Assembly (NCBI GenBank): GCA_973895155.1
Contig: OZ316892.1
Span: 20,895,619 to 20,959,618 of the forward strand
Source of the DNA: Marsupella aquatica
Taxonomy: Eukaryota; Plantae; Marchantiophyta
Direction of reading: 5' to 3'
DNA length: 64,000 bases
The position numbers and the translations under genes were made by a program. Every line of letters begins with the position of its first letter. Position 1 is the stretch's first letter. The notes below the pieces were generated by a model that saw nothing but the letters and a program-made list of their open reading frames with translations, searched no databases and was not told the origin of the DNA. Below are positions 51,058 through 62,200 of this stretch, piece by piece.

Positions 51058-52000
51058 ACTTCACTCCAATACTACACTCTCCGATCCGGCGAAAGCTCTT
51101 GGTTCTTGATCTTAACAAGATTTGTTGGGATTGCATTAAGACCAGAAGCTCAGGACCATGGCAAAATCAGACAAGTTTACGTGGTGTGCACTGGGGGAGA
51201 CATGGAGGGTTTAATTTCATGTATGTGGAGCGCCCCTACCTCCATGAATTTCTATATGCAGCTTTCATGGCTTTTGACGTCGCAATTTGGACCTGTGCAA
51301 GGAGGCCAAAAACAATGGACTTAATGGAGATGATTTTCATTGAGGAGGAGCGACAGAAGTTCAAGTTTGTCTTTACTCTAATAGTTGCATCCAAAGGTCA
51401 GATATAAGAGACGGGAAGGCCAACTTACTTTTGAAGAATCTGCAAACCATTTGGGACCGTTTTCCAGAAAAATATGATGCTTCTAATACAGTTCTTATTG
51501 ATGATTCTCCATTGAAGGCATTTTTGAATTATGACGTGAATGGATTGTTTCCAAATCCATTTACTCACACAGCTTCAAATGACACTTTTTTGCCCGAGAT
51601 ATTATGGCCGTATCTTTGCAAATTGAGAAAGGCCTATTGTGTTCAACATTATATCACTGTCAACAATCCAAAGTGGTCTGTTTTCAATTTATTAACAAGC
51701 AAGGAGGATCATGCTGCCATCTATGCTCTTTTGGAGGTGAAGTGGGGAGATTGTCGTTGTATCCATAAGGAGTTTGGAACCATCTTGGATGTGACTCCTG
51801 AAGAGATTCCTTGGAACGGAAAGGAGGAGGTCCAGCATTACCCACCACTAGAGATGTGGACCACGGATGAGATCAAAGAAACTGCAAATGCTATACTTGG
51901 AGACAACTATTCTGGTCCTCATAGACAAAATAGAAGGCATTTTATTTGGAAAGTTCTAAGAACTAGGGATCTCACCAATAAGTTTAAGAACATCATGTGA
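51058..52000 (+). other. FCP1/NIF-like HAD phosphatase domain
   Basis: KLLVLDLN, ERPYLHEFL..FDVAIWT, LKNLQTIW, NTVLIDDSPLKA; frameshift between ORFs 51048-51407 and 51431-52000. Confidence 0.88.
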
Positions 52001-52549
52001 GAGATACTTGCAACCGTGACATCTGCTATGATTAATTAGGAAGCAGACTTTCTTGTTCAAATAAGTTTTGTCTTCAGTTGATCATTAGGAGATAGGGTTG
52101 CTCTAGTGCCTACCCTGAATTGTGCATTCATATTATGTCAAAGGATATGTTTTGAACATGTAGGATAAAGTAAACAATTAGAATATGCTTAGTGTGAGGC
52201 TCTCTCACTAGACTAGACAATTTATTAATTATATTGTGGGTCAATCTCATTATGACCCTTGATTTATCATCATAGATATTTTTAATCTATGGTTTGAGTG
52301 GTATTGGCCTCTGATTTTTGGACTGAATCAAATTTACTTTAATTTATAAATTAATTAGAATATATGATTTAATTTATTATTAAACATTTGGGTGAAAAAA
52401 ACAAAAATTTGGGCATTCAAAAGTGCATATTTGGGCTAAAAAAATTAAAAAATGGGAATGATTTAAAAGAAATTTGGCCTGAAAAAAAACAACTTTAGGG
52501 TTCATATTTTGGACTTTTAAAAGTACAGTTTTAATGAATATAGTGATGT

Positions 52550-54747
52550 TTCCTTTGCCTTTGGATCAATGAAATTCAACCATGGTGACAATTTTGGCAA
52601 GTCACTCCAAAGCCGTATGACTTGGGAGTGATTTCCCCAAGGTTCCATCATGCCTTAAGTAAACAAAAAAATATGGCTCCAAAGTGTTCATGGTGCAACT
52701 AGTCGTTGGACAATAGCACTGGGTATAGTGTCCCGCACTTAGTGGAGAGGTTTCCACCTTCATGCAGGGCCCCATGGCACACTAGGGCCCACCCAAAGCT
52801 CCTAGACCCAAAGGGTCATTTCTGCTGGTACATAATGATGATATTTGTAGTCATTGGTTTTTTTGAGACAAGTATATTCATAAGTGACGGAATGAAGGCC
52901 CTAGTACCTCCAAAAAGAGCCCACTCTAGATTTCTTCCAAAAGTGGAATAAAACCCTAAACCCTTAGACCCTCATGCATATGCACCATAGTAAGAGGGAA
53001 GCACCACAACCATGCCCATTCCATTGTTGTAGCACTACCTCTTGGAGAAACGAAACAAATGGCTCCATTTGCCTTTGGAACATAAAATATTCATCCATGA
53101 TGACGCTTTTGGCAAATCACTCCAAAGTTATATGACTTGGGGGTGATTTCCCCAAAGTTGCATCAACACCTTAGGTAAACGCAAAAACATGTCTCACGAT
53201 TAATGATGGTGCAACTAGTGGCTAGAGAACAGTAAGTAGAGTGTCCAGCACCTTGTGAAGGGGTTGTTGGCCCCCCATGTAGTCCCTATCCCCAAACTGG
53301 TAATTTGTACTTCTCCTAAATGACTGCACAAGGGACCCCTCAAATCACCACAATTCATGTCATTTGACTTATATGATATCCAATGTGACCATTTTAATGA
53401 CCCTACTTGTAGTCATTGGTATTTATGACTGAACTTTGTTTGGAAATGACCCAATGAAGGCCCTAGCTAGTACCTCAAAAGAGAGCCCGCTCTAGATTCC
53501 TTGCAAAATTGTCCGAATATTCCTATAATTACCCTAAACCCGCACCCACACCATACAAGGAAGCACGACTCCCCTGCCCATTCCATTGGTGCAGCACTAC
53601 CTCTTGGAGAACCCAAAAAAATATTTTATTTGCCTTTGGATGTGATGGTATGCATCCATGGTGACACTTTTGGCAAATCATTCCAAAGTCGTACAACTTG
53701 GGAGTGATTTCCCCAAAGGTGCATCATGCCTTAAGTAAATGCAAAGACATGTGTTCAAATTGCTAATGCCGTAACTAGTGATTGGACAATGATGAGTATA
53801 GTGTCCCGCACACAGTGGAGGGGTTCTCACCTCTATGTAGGGCCCATGACACACTCGGGCCCACCTTAAGCTCGTAGACCAAAAATTGTCATTTATGCTG
53901 GTCCATAATGACACCATGAGGGATGTCTTGAATGACAACTTATATAGTCATTTGGTCAAAATTAATGACCTCTAATATGACTATTGACATTACCCTTATT
54001 GCAGTCATTGGCATTCTTCAATGACTCTACAATTATGACCGGTGTCTGGAATGTCTATTGAGTATTTTAATCTTGATATCTCTTGGGCTCTTTAATGACT
54101 CTATAAGTAGTCATTTATGCAATGATTTCATAATGACTGTATGTTATTGTAAACATTGATATATATCGTGATTTTTAGATTGACCCTATATTTAGTCATT
54201 TATGCGACAAGTCCATAATGACAGTATGTTGTTGTAAACACTGATATATGATAATTTCAAGATTGACCCTAGAGTTAGTCATTTATGAGAGAAGTCCATA
54301 ATGACGGTATGTTGTTGTAAACACTGATATATTCTTATTTTGAGAGTGACCCTAGATTTTGTCATTTAACACCATTGGTTAAAATGACGAAAATATATTT
54401 TTGTCATTTATCACCGTTGTCCAAAATGACCCAAATAGATTTTTGATCATTTCAATCATTGTCCAAAGTGACTATAATGGTGCTAAACACTGATTTATCA
54501 TGGTTGTTATTTATTGGGTCATTTAGGACATGTGTCTAAATTGACCATTTTAGGAAAATTGTGTCATTTTGGTCGCATCAGACATTATACAAAATGACGC
54601 AAAAGTTATCATTTTGTCATTTCAGTCTATTGGTCATTGTGGACAGTCATTCTCTCGTCATTCTTTTTGTGTCATTAGAAATTTTGGTCATTGATTCATT
54701 TCCATCATTGGATGATTGGTCATAAAGGGCCCTGTTTTCTTCTAGTG
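52550..54747 (-). repeat. CACTA end: TIR and subterminal repeats, inverted homolog of 21871-~24600
   Basis: First 35 nt identical to 21871-21905 in reverse complement; 63-bp repeats and ~3 diverged copies of the 578-bp unit. Confidence 0.96.
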
Positions 54748-54998
54748 GCCAGAGCTAAGTGTTAAGGTAGTGGAGTTCTGCGACTGTGAGGAAAAGAAAT
54801 TGAGGCTAGTGAGAAAAAGATTTTGGGAGAGGAAAGATGGTGAGGTGAGAAAAAGATGTCAAAGAGAGAAAGGATGTCGAGGGTGAGGGAATATGTCATG
54901 GTGAGATACTTGATGTCAAGGTTAAAAAAATATGACAAGATGAGAAAAGATAAAATGTCAAGGTGAGAAAACATATCAATGAGAGAGAAAGAGGAGGA

Positions 54999-55651
54999 GG
55001 CTACCCTTCCTTGCCTCCCGTGTCTGTGCCTAGGGTAGCCTAGCTCACAATGCCTTCATGTTATTGTATAGAAAAGGTCCTTAGGCAAAGCCAGGAGTTG
55101 CTGCAAAAAAATGGGCCCGGTGAGTGCAAGACTTTTGCCTGATTGTTGGATCAGACCATTGAGTCCCTCAATGCTCAGTCCTTGCTAGCCCTGCCCTCCT
55201 GCCCCGACCAGATAAAATTCACCCCACCCTCAATTGAAAGAAACTAATTACAACACCCCCCACCATCCAGAATAACAGCAAGATGGAAGGGCCCAGGTGA
55301 ACAGACAAATAACCAACCCTAACACCCTATCCTTATAGGATGAAACCAATTTAAGGCCATTAAAATAAACCTACCCCTAAGAAAACAAGAACGCCTCCCC
55401 ATTAAAAAAGAAAATGACAAGTTTGGGTTACTTTTGTTGGGAGTTTGGCCACTTCTTCTTCAAAAAGAATTGGAAATGGAAAATATTTTAAAACTGACAA
55501 AAAATAAGGGAAGCCTAGGAGCATGAAGGCATTGTGAGGAGGGCTACCCTAGGCACATGCAACCTACGTGCATGATTGTAGGGATTGTGGGCTAGGGCAT
55601 GATTGTAGGAATTGTGGGCTAGAATAGACACAGGAGGCAGGAAGGGTTGCC
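54999..55651. mobile_element. Possible MITE-like element with interrupted inverted ends
   Basis: GGCTACCCTTCCTTGCCTCCCGTGTCT..GTGCCTAGGGTAGCC..CTCACAATGCCTTCATG (54999-55060) is inverted at 55522-55651; no TSD found. Confidence 0.45.
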
Positions 55652-55916
55652 TGGCACTCACTGCCCGCCACATAGCATAGTAATCTAGGCCACAAACACT
55701 GTGGGCACTAAACAAATGTCACTTGTGGGTGATCCAAAGGCAAGGAAAAAATGTACTTTAGATCCAACGGCCCCCCAAAATCTGTTTTTGTAAGCTGATA
55801 TTGCCCACAAATGGGCAGCCAGGATTGAATATTATAGAGTCAAGAAGACAAGAAGATTGTACATGACATCACCTTCAAAGTAGTGAGTGTATTGTGTTAA
55901 ACCTTTTGCAATACTT

Positions 55917-57579
55917 TTGGCCTCTCTTTTAGGGCCAGGTACTTTGTTCTCATCTCCGTGACTTCATCGACAGTTCAATCTTCCTATTTCTCAGGGTGGT
56001 TTTGGGTTTACTTCCATTGAGTGTCTTGCATCTTTGGCCTTTTTGGGTGCATGGGTGGCCGCCTTCTCATTGTTGGCAGATCATTTCCTTATTGAGGATC
56101 GGCCTTTTTTACTTTCGTCTCTCATGGAGGTAAAGGAGGGTTCCCTCCCATTTCAGGTTCATTTGCGCACGGCACAATCATCATTACCAAATCTTGTCCG
56201 AGCTGCGTTACCTTCATTTCAGGAGTTTTTATCCTTGGACCCTGTTCGTCTTCAGGCAGACCTTGCTAGGCGTATGCACGCTTTCACCCTCTCCAACATC
56301 CTCACCGAGGCACCTGACATGGACCGAGCTCGGATTCTTTCTTATGGAGGGAAGGGCGCAGGAGGATGGCTTCAAGCCAATCCAGTCATTTCTCATCTAC
56401 GGATGTCTTCAGCAGAGTTCTCGACAGCCATGTGTCTTCGTATGGGGCTGCCCCATCCACTTCTTGTTTGTTTACCTACTTCTTGCGCTTATGGGAAGCC
56501 TTGTGATACCACAGGTGTCCATCTTCTTTGGTGCAGTTTGCAAGGCAAAATCATTTTTGTTCACGACACTGTGAGCTCGGGGTTTCAGTTCCACAAAAAT
56601 GGCATATCACGTGCGACGAAGGATAGGGTCATTTTATTGGTTTTAAGAGAAGACTTAAGAATTTTTTGTAGAAGAACAATAAGGTCTTTTAAATTCAATT
56701 TTGAGACTTATAAGAACATTAGGGTCTTTCTAATCGAATTTTTGGAATATTGGATTTTTGGACCCCCAAGGTTGTGAGAGATACGATTGCTCAAGTTCTC
56801 TCACAACCTTGGGGGTCCAAAAATCCAAGGTGTTAAGAGATACGATTGCTCAAGTTCTCTCTGGCTCTTTGACCTGCATGCGGTGGGAGGTGGTGCTCAA
56901 GTTACCTGGTCCTCCATCACAGCGGTTACGGGTGGATCTTACCATGGTCCGTGAGGGTCAACGTACTTTGGTAGATGTAGTGGTGGCAAACCCATTGCGC
57001 CAAGACCTCATTGGGACAATGACAACAACGGCAGAAGCAGCGGCATCACGAGCGACATCAACAAAGGAGGCAAAATATGTTGCACAAACTTCATCTTGAG
57101 ATACTTGGGATTCTTCGATAAGCTGCTCGGGATGTTCATGGCCGGATGGGTCCCACCGGACCCCCGCTATGTATTTTGACCGGGTTTTTGACTATGCACT
57201 TTCGCCAACGTATTTCAGTCACCTTACAGCGTGCTCAAGCTCGGGCCATCTATCATTGATCTCTGACAGTGGGTGCTAATGTGCCTCCGCAATGGCTAGC
57301 CCCCTAGAGGACATTCAAGTCTCACGTCTTGGCGATTTAGTTTCGACACTTTATTAGCTTTTTGCCACATTTGCTAGGAATGATGAGGATCTTGGACCAT
57401 TTGTGACAATTTTTGTTCATCTTTCTTGGTTTTTAGGGGTTTTTTTTTACTCAGTTTCTTTTGCATTTTGTTTTGGCATGTCCACTTGATACCTCTTTTG
57501 TTTATTCTTTTGTATTCTATTTGGCCCTTTTCTGCAAAAAATTTGTGTACTTTTTAATTTTAATTTAATTTTTAATTTG
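55917..57579 (+). mobile_element. 5'-truncated CRE-like (RLE-type) non-LTR retrotransposon, degenerate
   Basis: LPISQGGFG, AFLGAW, RARILS..GKGAGGWL..P, EFSTAMCLRMGLP, degenerate CCHC knuckle, HDTV/RDTIA, RVDL..TLVDVVV..KEAKY, QRISVTLQRAQA; (TTTTAA)-like tail at 57551-57577; flanking direct repeat TGAGTGTATTGTGTTAAACCTTTTGCAATACTT at 55884-55916 and 57592-57624. Confidence 0.85.
56576..56770. mobile_element. 195-bp MITE related to the 38846-41040 element, inserted in the CRE-like ORF
   Basis: Ends CTCGGGGTTTCA and GACCCCCAAG; first ~110 bp homologous to revcomp of 40931-41040; degenerate 8-bp TSD ACTGTGAG/GTTGTGAG; removal restores HDTVRDTIAQVLSG. Confidence 0.85.
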
Positions 57580-58544
57580 TTTTGCAATACTTGAGTGTAT
57601 TGTGTTAAACCTTTTGCAATACTTGAGCAGAATGCACTACGTTTACTTCCATCTGCAGACCTTCAAGTGTGTCTTCGAGTAGAATATTTAAAATCGAGCT
57701 CATTAGCGGCACATGTTTTTTTGCAATGCTTGAGAAGAATGCACTGACTTTGACTTCCCTCAGACCTTGCAGTTTCCACTTTCTTCGAGTTTCATATTTG
57801 AGTTGTTACACACTGTGCTCTACTGTAGGTTTTTCCTTTTCTATCTGGTCTTCGATTATACTCATCAGAATCTTTTGAGAGTCAGACATGAAAACACTAG
57901 AAAAGCCAAATGTCTGATGCCATCAGTTCAAATTATGGCGGCCAAAGTTGCTCCAAAGCAACAAACAATGTGCTAGGACAATTCTGGTTCTCGGATCTAT
58001 CGATGCTTCGGATATCCCGACCTGCGATTGGCCACTTGAGAAAAGTTCAATGTCACTTACGCTAGAGCTTCTCCTTACATTGGGTCCCATTGCTTCCGTT
58101 TCCCTCTGCGACCTGCCTTGTCGGTTTGTACCCGATAGTAAATTAATGGATATCAGCGGAATTCTCGACGCACGGGATAAGAGAATTGAGATTCACGCAT
58201 GCTGCATGCCTATAGATCTCCGTGAGCACCCGCTTGAAGTCCAATTGAAGCAATCTGGAATCGATCGATGCATTTACTATAGCTAGGATAGAATTGGTAA
58301 CTAGTCAGTTGAGAAATTGAGTTTGAGTTTCGAGCTAGTATGCTGTTTAGATCTCGGTGGGCATCCACTTCGGAACGGTGACCACGTCTGTGGAGGGTGC
58401 CAGAAAGAGTTGGAGTTTGGAGTTTCAAAAATCTTGTCGCGGCGGGACAGCTGATGAGGGGCAAGGGAGACAATTCAACTGCGGAAGATATTTGAAGATA
58501 TTTGAGGAACAAATCGATTTCGGAGACGGTCGGATGCTCGAGGA

Positions 58545-58990
58545 GTTTTCGCGCTCGAGTTTTTCAGTTATCGCGCAACTCCGCAATCTAGGTGCTGGGA
58601 GAGATCGGAGAGGGAGAGGGATTTTATGCTAGGGACCGAGATCGGATCCCTTTCTCACAAATTCAGAGATTCAGGGAGAACGGTGAGCCTCAGCTGCTAC
58701 TACCGAGACGAAAGAAAGTGCCGGCGGATGTGAATTGGGTTCTTCTTCCCTGGGAAAGAGAGGATGCCCGAGAGGTTTTTGCGCTCGAGTGTTTCAATTA
58801 TCGCACAACTCCGCAATCTAGGTGCTGGGAGAGATCGGAGAGGGAGAGGGATTTTATGCTAGGGACCGAGATTGGATCCCTTTCTCACAATTTCAGAGAT
58901 TCAGGGAGAACGGTGAGCATCAGCTGCTACTACCGAGACGAAAGAAGCGCCGGCGGTGTGAATTGGGTTCTTCTTGCCTGGGAAGGAGAA
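58545..58990. repeat. 230-bp tandem duplication
   Basis: GCGCTCGAGT..CCGCAATCTAGGTGCTGGGAGAGATCGG..TGAATTGGGTTCTTCTT at ~58551 and ~58781. Confidence 0.95.
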
Positions 58991-59288
58991 GTTAGATAGG
59001 AACTGTACGTGGGTGCCCTCAATTTTGGACTTGGAGATCCTTCGTTCTGGATCGGCAGATTTGAATCTGAAGGTGACGAGCGACTTGACCCAGTAGAAGT
59101 GTCATGGAGCGAACCATTAGGTCCAGAGATGCTGCTCTCTGGTGAATATGTAAGTGATGCATGGCCATGTTCAGGAATTCAGGGTTTGCAAAGACTGTAC
59201 TAAGCTCAATTGAGGCCCAGTCCATCGAGTCATTAATTTATGCTTGATGGGTTTCTGCTAGCTTCCGAGCATTGTCCGGGGCATTGTC

Positions 59289-62200
59289 ATGAAACGAATT
59301 GGCGGCCAGAGGATGACCCAGCAGTCGACTGGTGCGAATGATGCCCTGATTCAAAAAATCAAACTGCGATGGAACACCCTAGTTCGACAAATCAAAGCAC
59401 GAAAGTGGACGCTGTCTTATTTTTGCTGGCATAGCTCTCTTTCTGGTTTTACCCTGGGTATCCCCAGTGTTGGGATGGCGACGAGCTCTAGGTGAGCATC
59501 CTCTTTCGCAGGATAAGATTGTGAAGCAGGTCACAACCGTCTTTGAGTCACTTCCTTGCTGAACTTAATGTATGCATCACGTTTCACTTGAAGAGGTTAC
59601 CCACTTCTCGTTGCTCGATCGAGCGTCCAACGAAATTTTCTGTCTCTGTGGACAGTGTATGGAAGTACGATACGAGATGATGAAACGAATTGGGAGCCGC
59701 TGACAACAAGGACAGCTGAATGGGAGACTCCCCGTGCGGTTCAAGAAACAAACGACCAAAACTGGGTTGGTCTCGAGAAGATGCGCAAACACCGAGCGGT
59801 CGGGTCGTTGTGGTGGGACGAGAGAGCGGAGCAGTACTTCATATCCAAATTGGAGGAGAGCCAGTTCCCAGCAGACTGTTCTCAAGCGCACTGGATTGCC
59901 CACCCAGAGTGGTATGCAGGTACTTGTTGCTGACTCTCTATATTTGATTTGTTATCTTTGATTTGTTTCCCAGAATCACAGACCGGCGTCGATGTTGCAA
60001 TATGTTGACATCTTGGGAGTCCTACCTCTGTTCGTGGTTTACAAGCTCTCGTCCAGAAGATTGCTTTTCGTGGTTTCCTTGCTCAACTTAAATATTTTAA
60101 AACTTTTTGAAGTTTGACCCGTTTCTAATTTGGAACCTATCCAAAAGACACGCGTGGCCGATACATTTGGAAAAAAGAATCCGACATTCAGTCCGTAGAT
60201 GCATGTCTGAACATAATGGTATGAAAGCTGTTTACTGTAATGCTGGCGATGATGTCGGGGTTGAATTACTGTGGTTGTCAACCCGTTGTACGCTGCATCC
60301 TTCAAGGGGTAGAAAGACCGGATTAAGCTAGGTTAGGCTAGCTAGGGTTGGCTCCGACCATGAGAACTACAGCTTCAAATACGATCAGGGAGCTCGAATG
60401 GTGCCTAATTTCTACAGAATACCTCGAAGCTAACGTGTAGCCCCAGTAGCTCACGGATAATCTTTACGGAGTACACTTTCAGAGTTAAATTTTCTCAGGT
60501 GCTATTCATGAGCTTATCGATTGGTCGTTTGGGTACAACTGCTCTCTTGCAGTTTGAATCAGGTCTCCCTATGATTGAGAGGATTGGGAACTCGAGATTT
60601 TGTTCAACATTATTCCTATGCTTTACGAGAGGACATTCGATAAAATTTATTTATTTCAGCGATATGGTGTCCCATTGGAGCAATAGGATTCGGAGAGTGG
60701 TCCCAGTAATGTAGATCGGTATCGTCAATGATGACAGTCTGACTTCAAAGTGGTACCCTGGGACCCCCATAGCCCGACAGCTATCGATCACTTTCTGCAT
60801 AGGTCAGCATCGGACAAATTGATCGATATGAAGTTTCTCTAAACACAGTAGTTCAAGGGAGTCATGACTACTCAGAAGTCGGAAGACGCATAGCAAACAC
60901 TTAATTGTACTTATAGGAAGAGAAGAGTAGTCACGGGCAAAGCAAAGCCTCTTATCTGTGATGCTAAGTGTCACGCTACTACTCTATGTGGGCCAACACT
61001 ATGTGAGTAGCACGGTTCTGTGGACCCAACAGTACGTACAATCTTCCAGCGCGCTATGTGAGCAGCACCAAAGAGACTTGTCTCCACTCGTGTATTGAAA
61101 AGGATCGTTGCTAGGTTGATAACCGGAGATAAAGTGTGGGTAAAGAGCTCAACTAAAATACGTACAGTGTGAATCTAGCCTGATTACTAAATTGACAGCT
61201 GGAAGTAAAAGTGTGGTAAGACAGTTAAACTAAAAACTAGTGCAAATCTACTTGCACTAGCTCGGGAAGATCGCGCGATATATTGTCGATGGTTCCCAGT
61301 TGAGTTTGTGGATCGGATTAACTCAATTGGACGACTGTCACAACACATGTGAATAGTCACTCTAAGCACAGTTGGGTGTCATATAACGACCTAATTGTTT
61401 TTGCAGTTTCTTAAATTTTGTCATCTTATTGTCAAAATTCGATCATTTCGAGGTTATGAATTCTGCCCTAGCTGGCCATGCACACATTCCTGATGCAAGT
61501 CAGACTAGCTAGGTGGTCTTACTTTTTGCGGCATTTTGCTTCCAGTATTTTCTTCGTGCGATTCATCGCAGACCTTGTAAATAATGGTGTCCGTGCCGAA
61601 CATGGTAGGATGTGGAGTTTTCTGTCGTAGGATAGCTTGACTCAATGTTCCAGATGCGTGGTTCAAAGGGCAGAAATAGGTCGGCGTGTGATTATTGTAA
61701 CCTTCGATCTTTCTTAATATTGGATCGTTGTGAATTGCAGGCCTTCTGGCAGATCTACATATTTTCTCTGTCCCTCTATTTATTTCAATGGTCCGGGGCC
61801 ACACTCTTGTGCCCATCTCAGATTCGAAAGATCATCACGCTTTTGATGGTTGTGGCCCAAAGCTGTCCCACCTCAACATGCAGTGTTTCTTCAATGTGAC
61901 TAACTGCAACCCGGCAGGAGACCAACCCAGATTGTTGCGTATCCTAAACACGCGAAGGGACGAGGAGAGAACGACATGGGACGAATTGTTGATGGAAGGG
62001 GAGGGCTTCTTTTCACCAGGCGGGGTCACTGTCATTGAGTCTTGGAAGATGCCCGCTTGGACGACGGCGGTTTGCCTCGCCAACACCGTTTTTTCATCCT
62101 ACGTCGAGGCCTTCAATTATCACAAGTTTGCTCTATGGCATGCGATGGGCAATCATGGAAAGGTTGGCACTGTGACAGGCTCGAACACTACATGCCCCAG

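Larger units (their letters stand above)
41622..52000 (+). pseudogene. Large spliced multidomain gene: SAM - unknown/acidic - ParB-like - N4/N6 methyltransferase-like - FCP1-like HAD phosphatase
   Basis: Co-oriented ORFs joined by GT-AG junctions (about 42063/42231, 42606/42749, 45048/46779, 48096/48448, 50861/51057). In-frame stops at 47313, 48812, 49338 and 49680; frameshifts near 48830, 49900 and 51400. The single-gene model is inferred; it could be 2-3 genes. Confidence 0.65.
1..54747 (-). mobile_element. Putative giant CACTA (En/Spm) transposon, left end outside window
   Basis: TIR at 54718-54747 (revcomp CACTAGAAGAAAACAGGGCCCTTTATGACC) followed by GCC, with family subterminal repeats at 52550-54700. 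No TSD-matched partner end was seen in the window. TnpD then TnpA on the minus strand at 6667->1 fits an element running right to left. That all intervening DNA is one unit is inferred. Confidence 0.65.

Noticed and set aside
52531-52545. TTAATGAATATAGTG as the end of a second CACTA holding the 36-52 kb genes
   Set aside because: No partner CACTATATTC found and a similar string occurs in the 578-bp unit; unsupported but worth rechecking.
21871-54747. Single 33-kb element bounded by the identical TIRs at 21871 and 54747
   Set aside because: Flanks differ (TAA vs GCC), both are the same end type, and 21871 pairs with 35102 through a TAA TSD.
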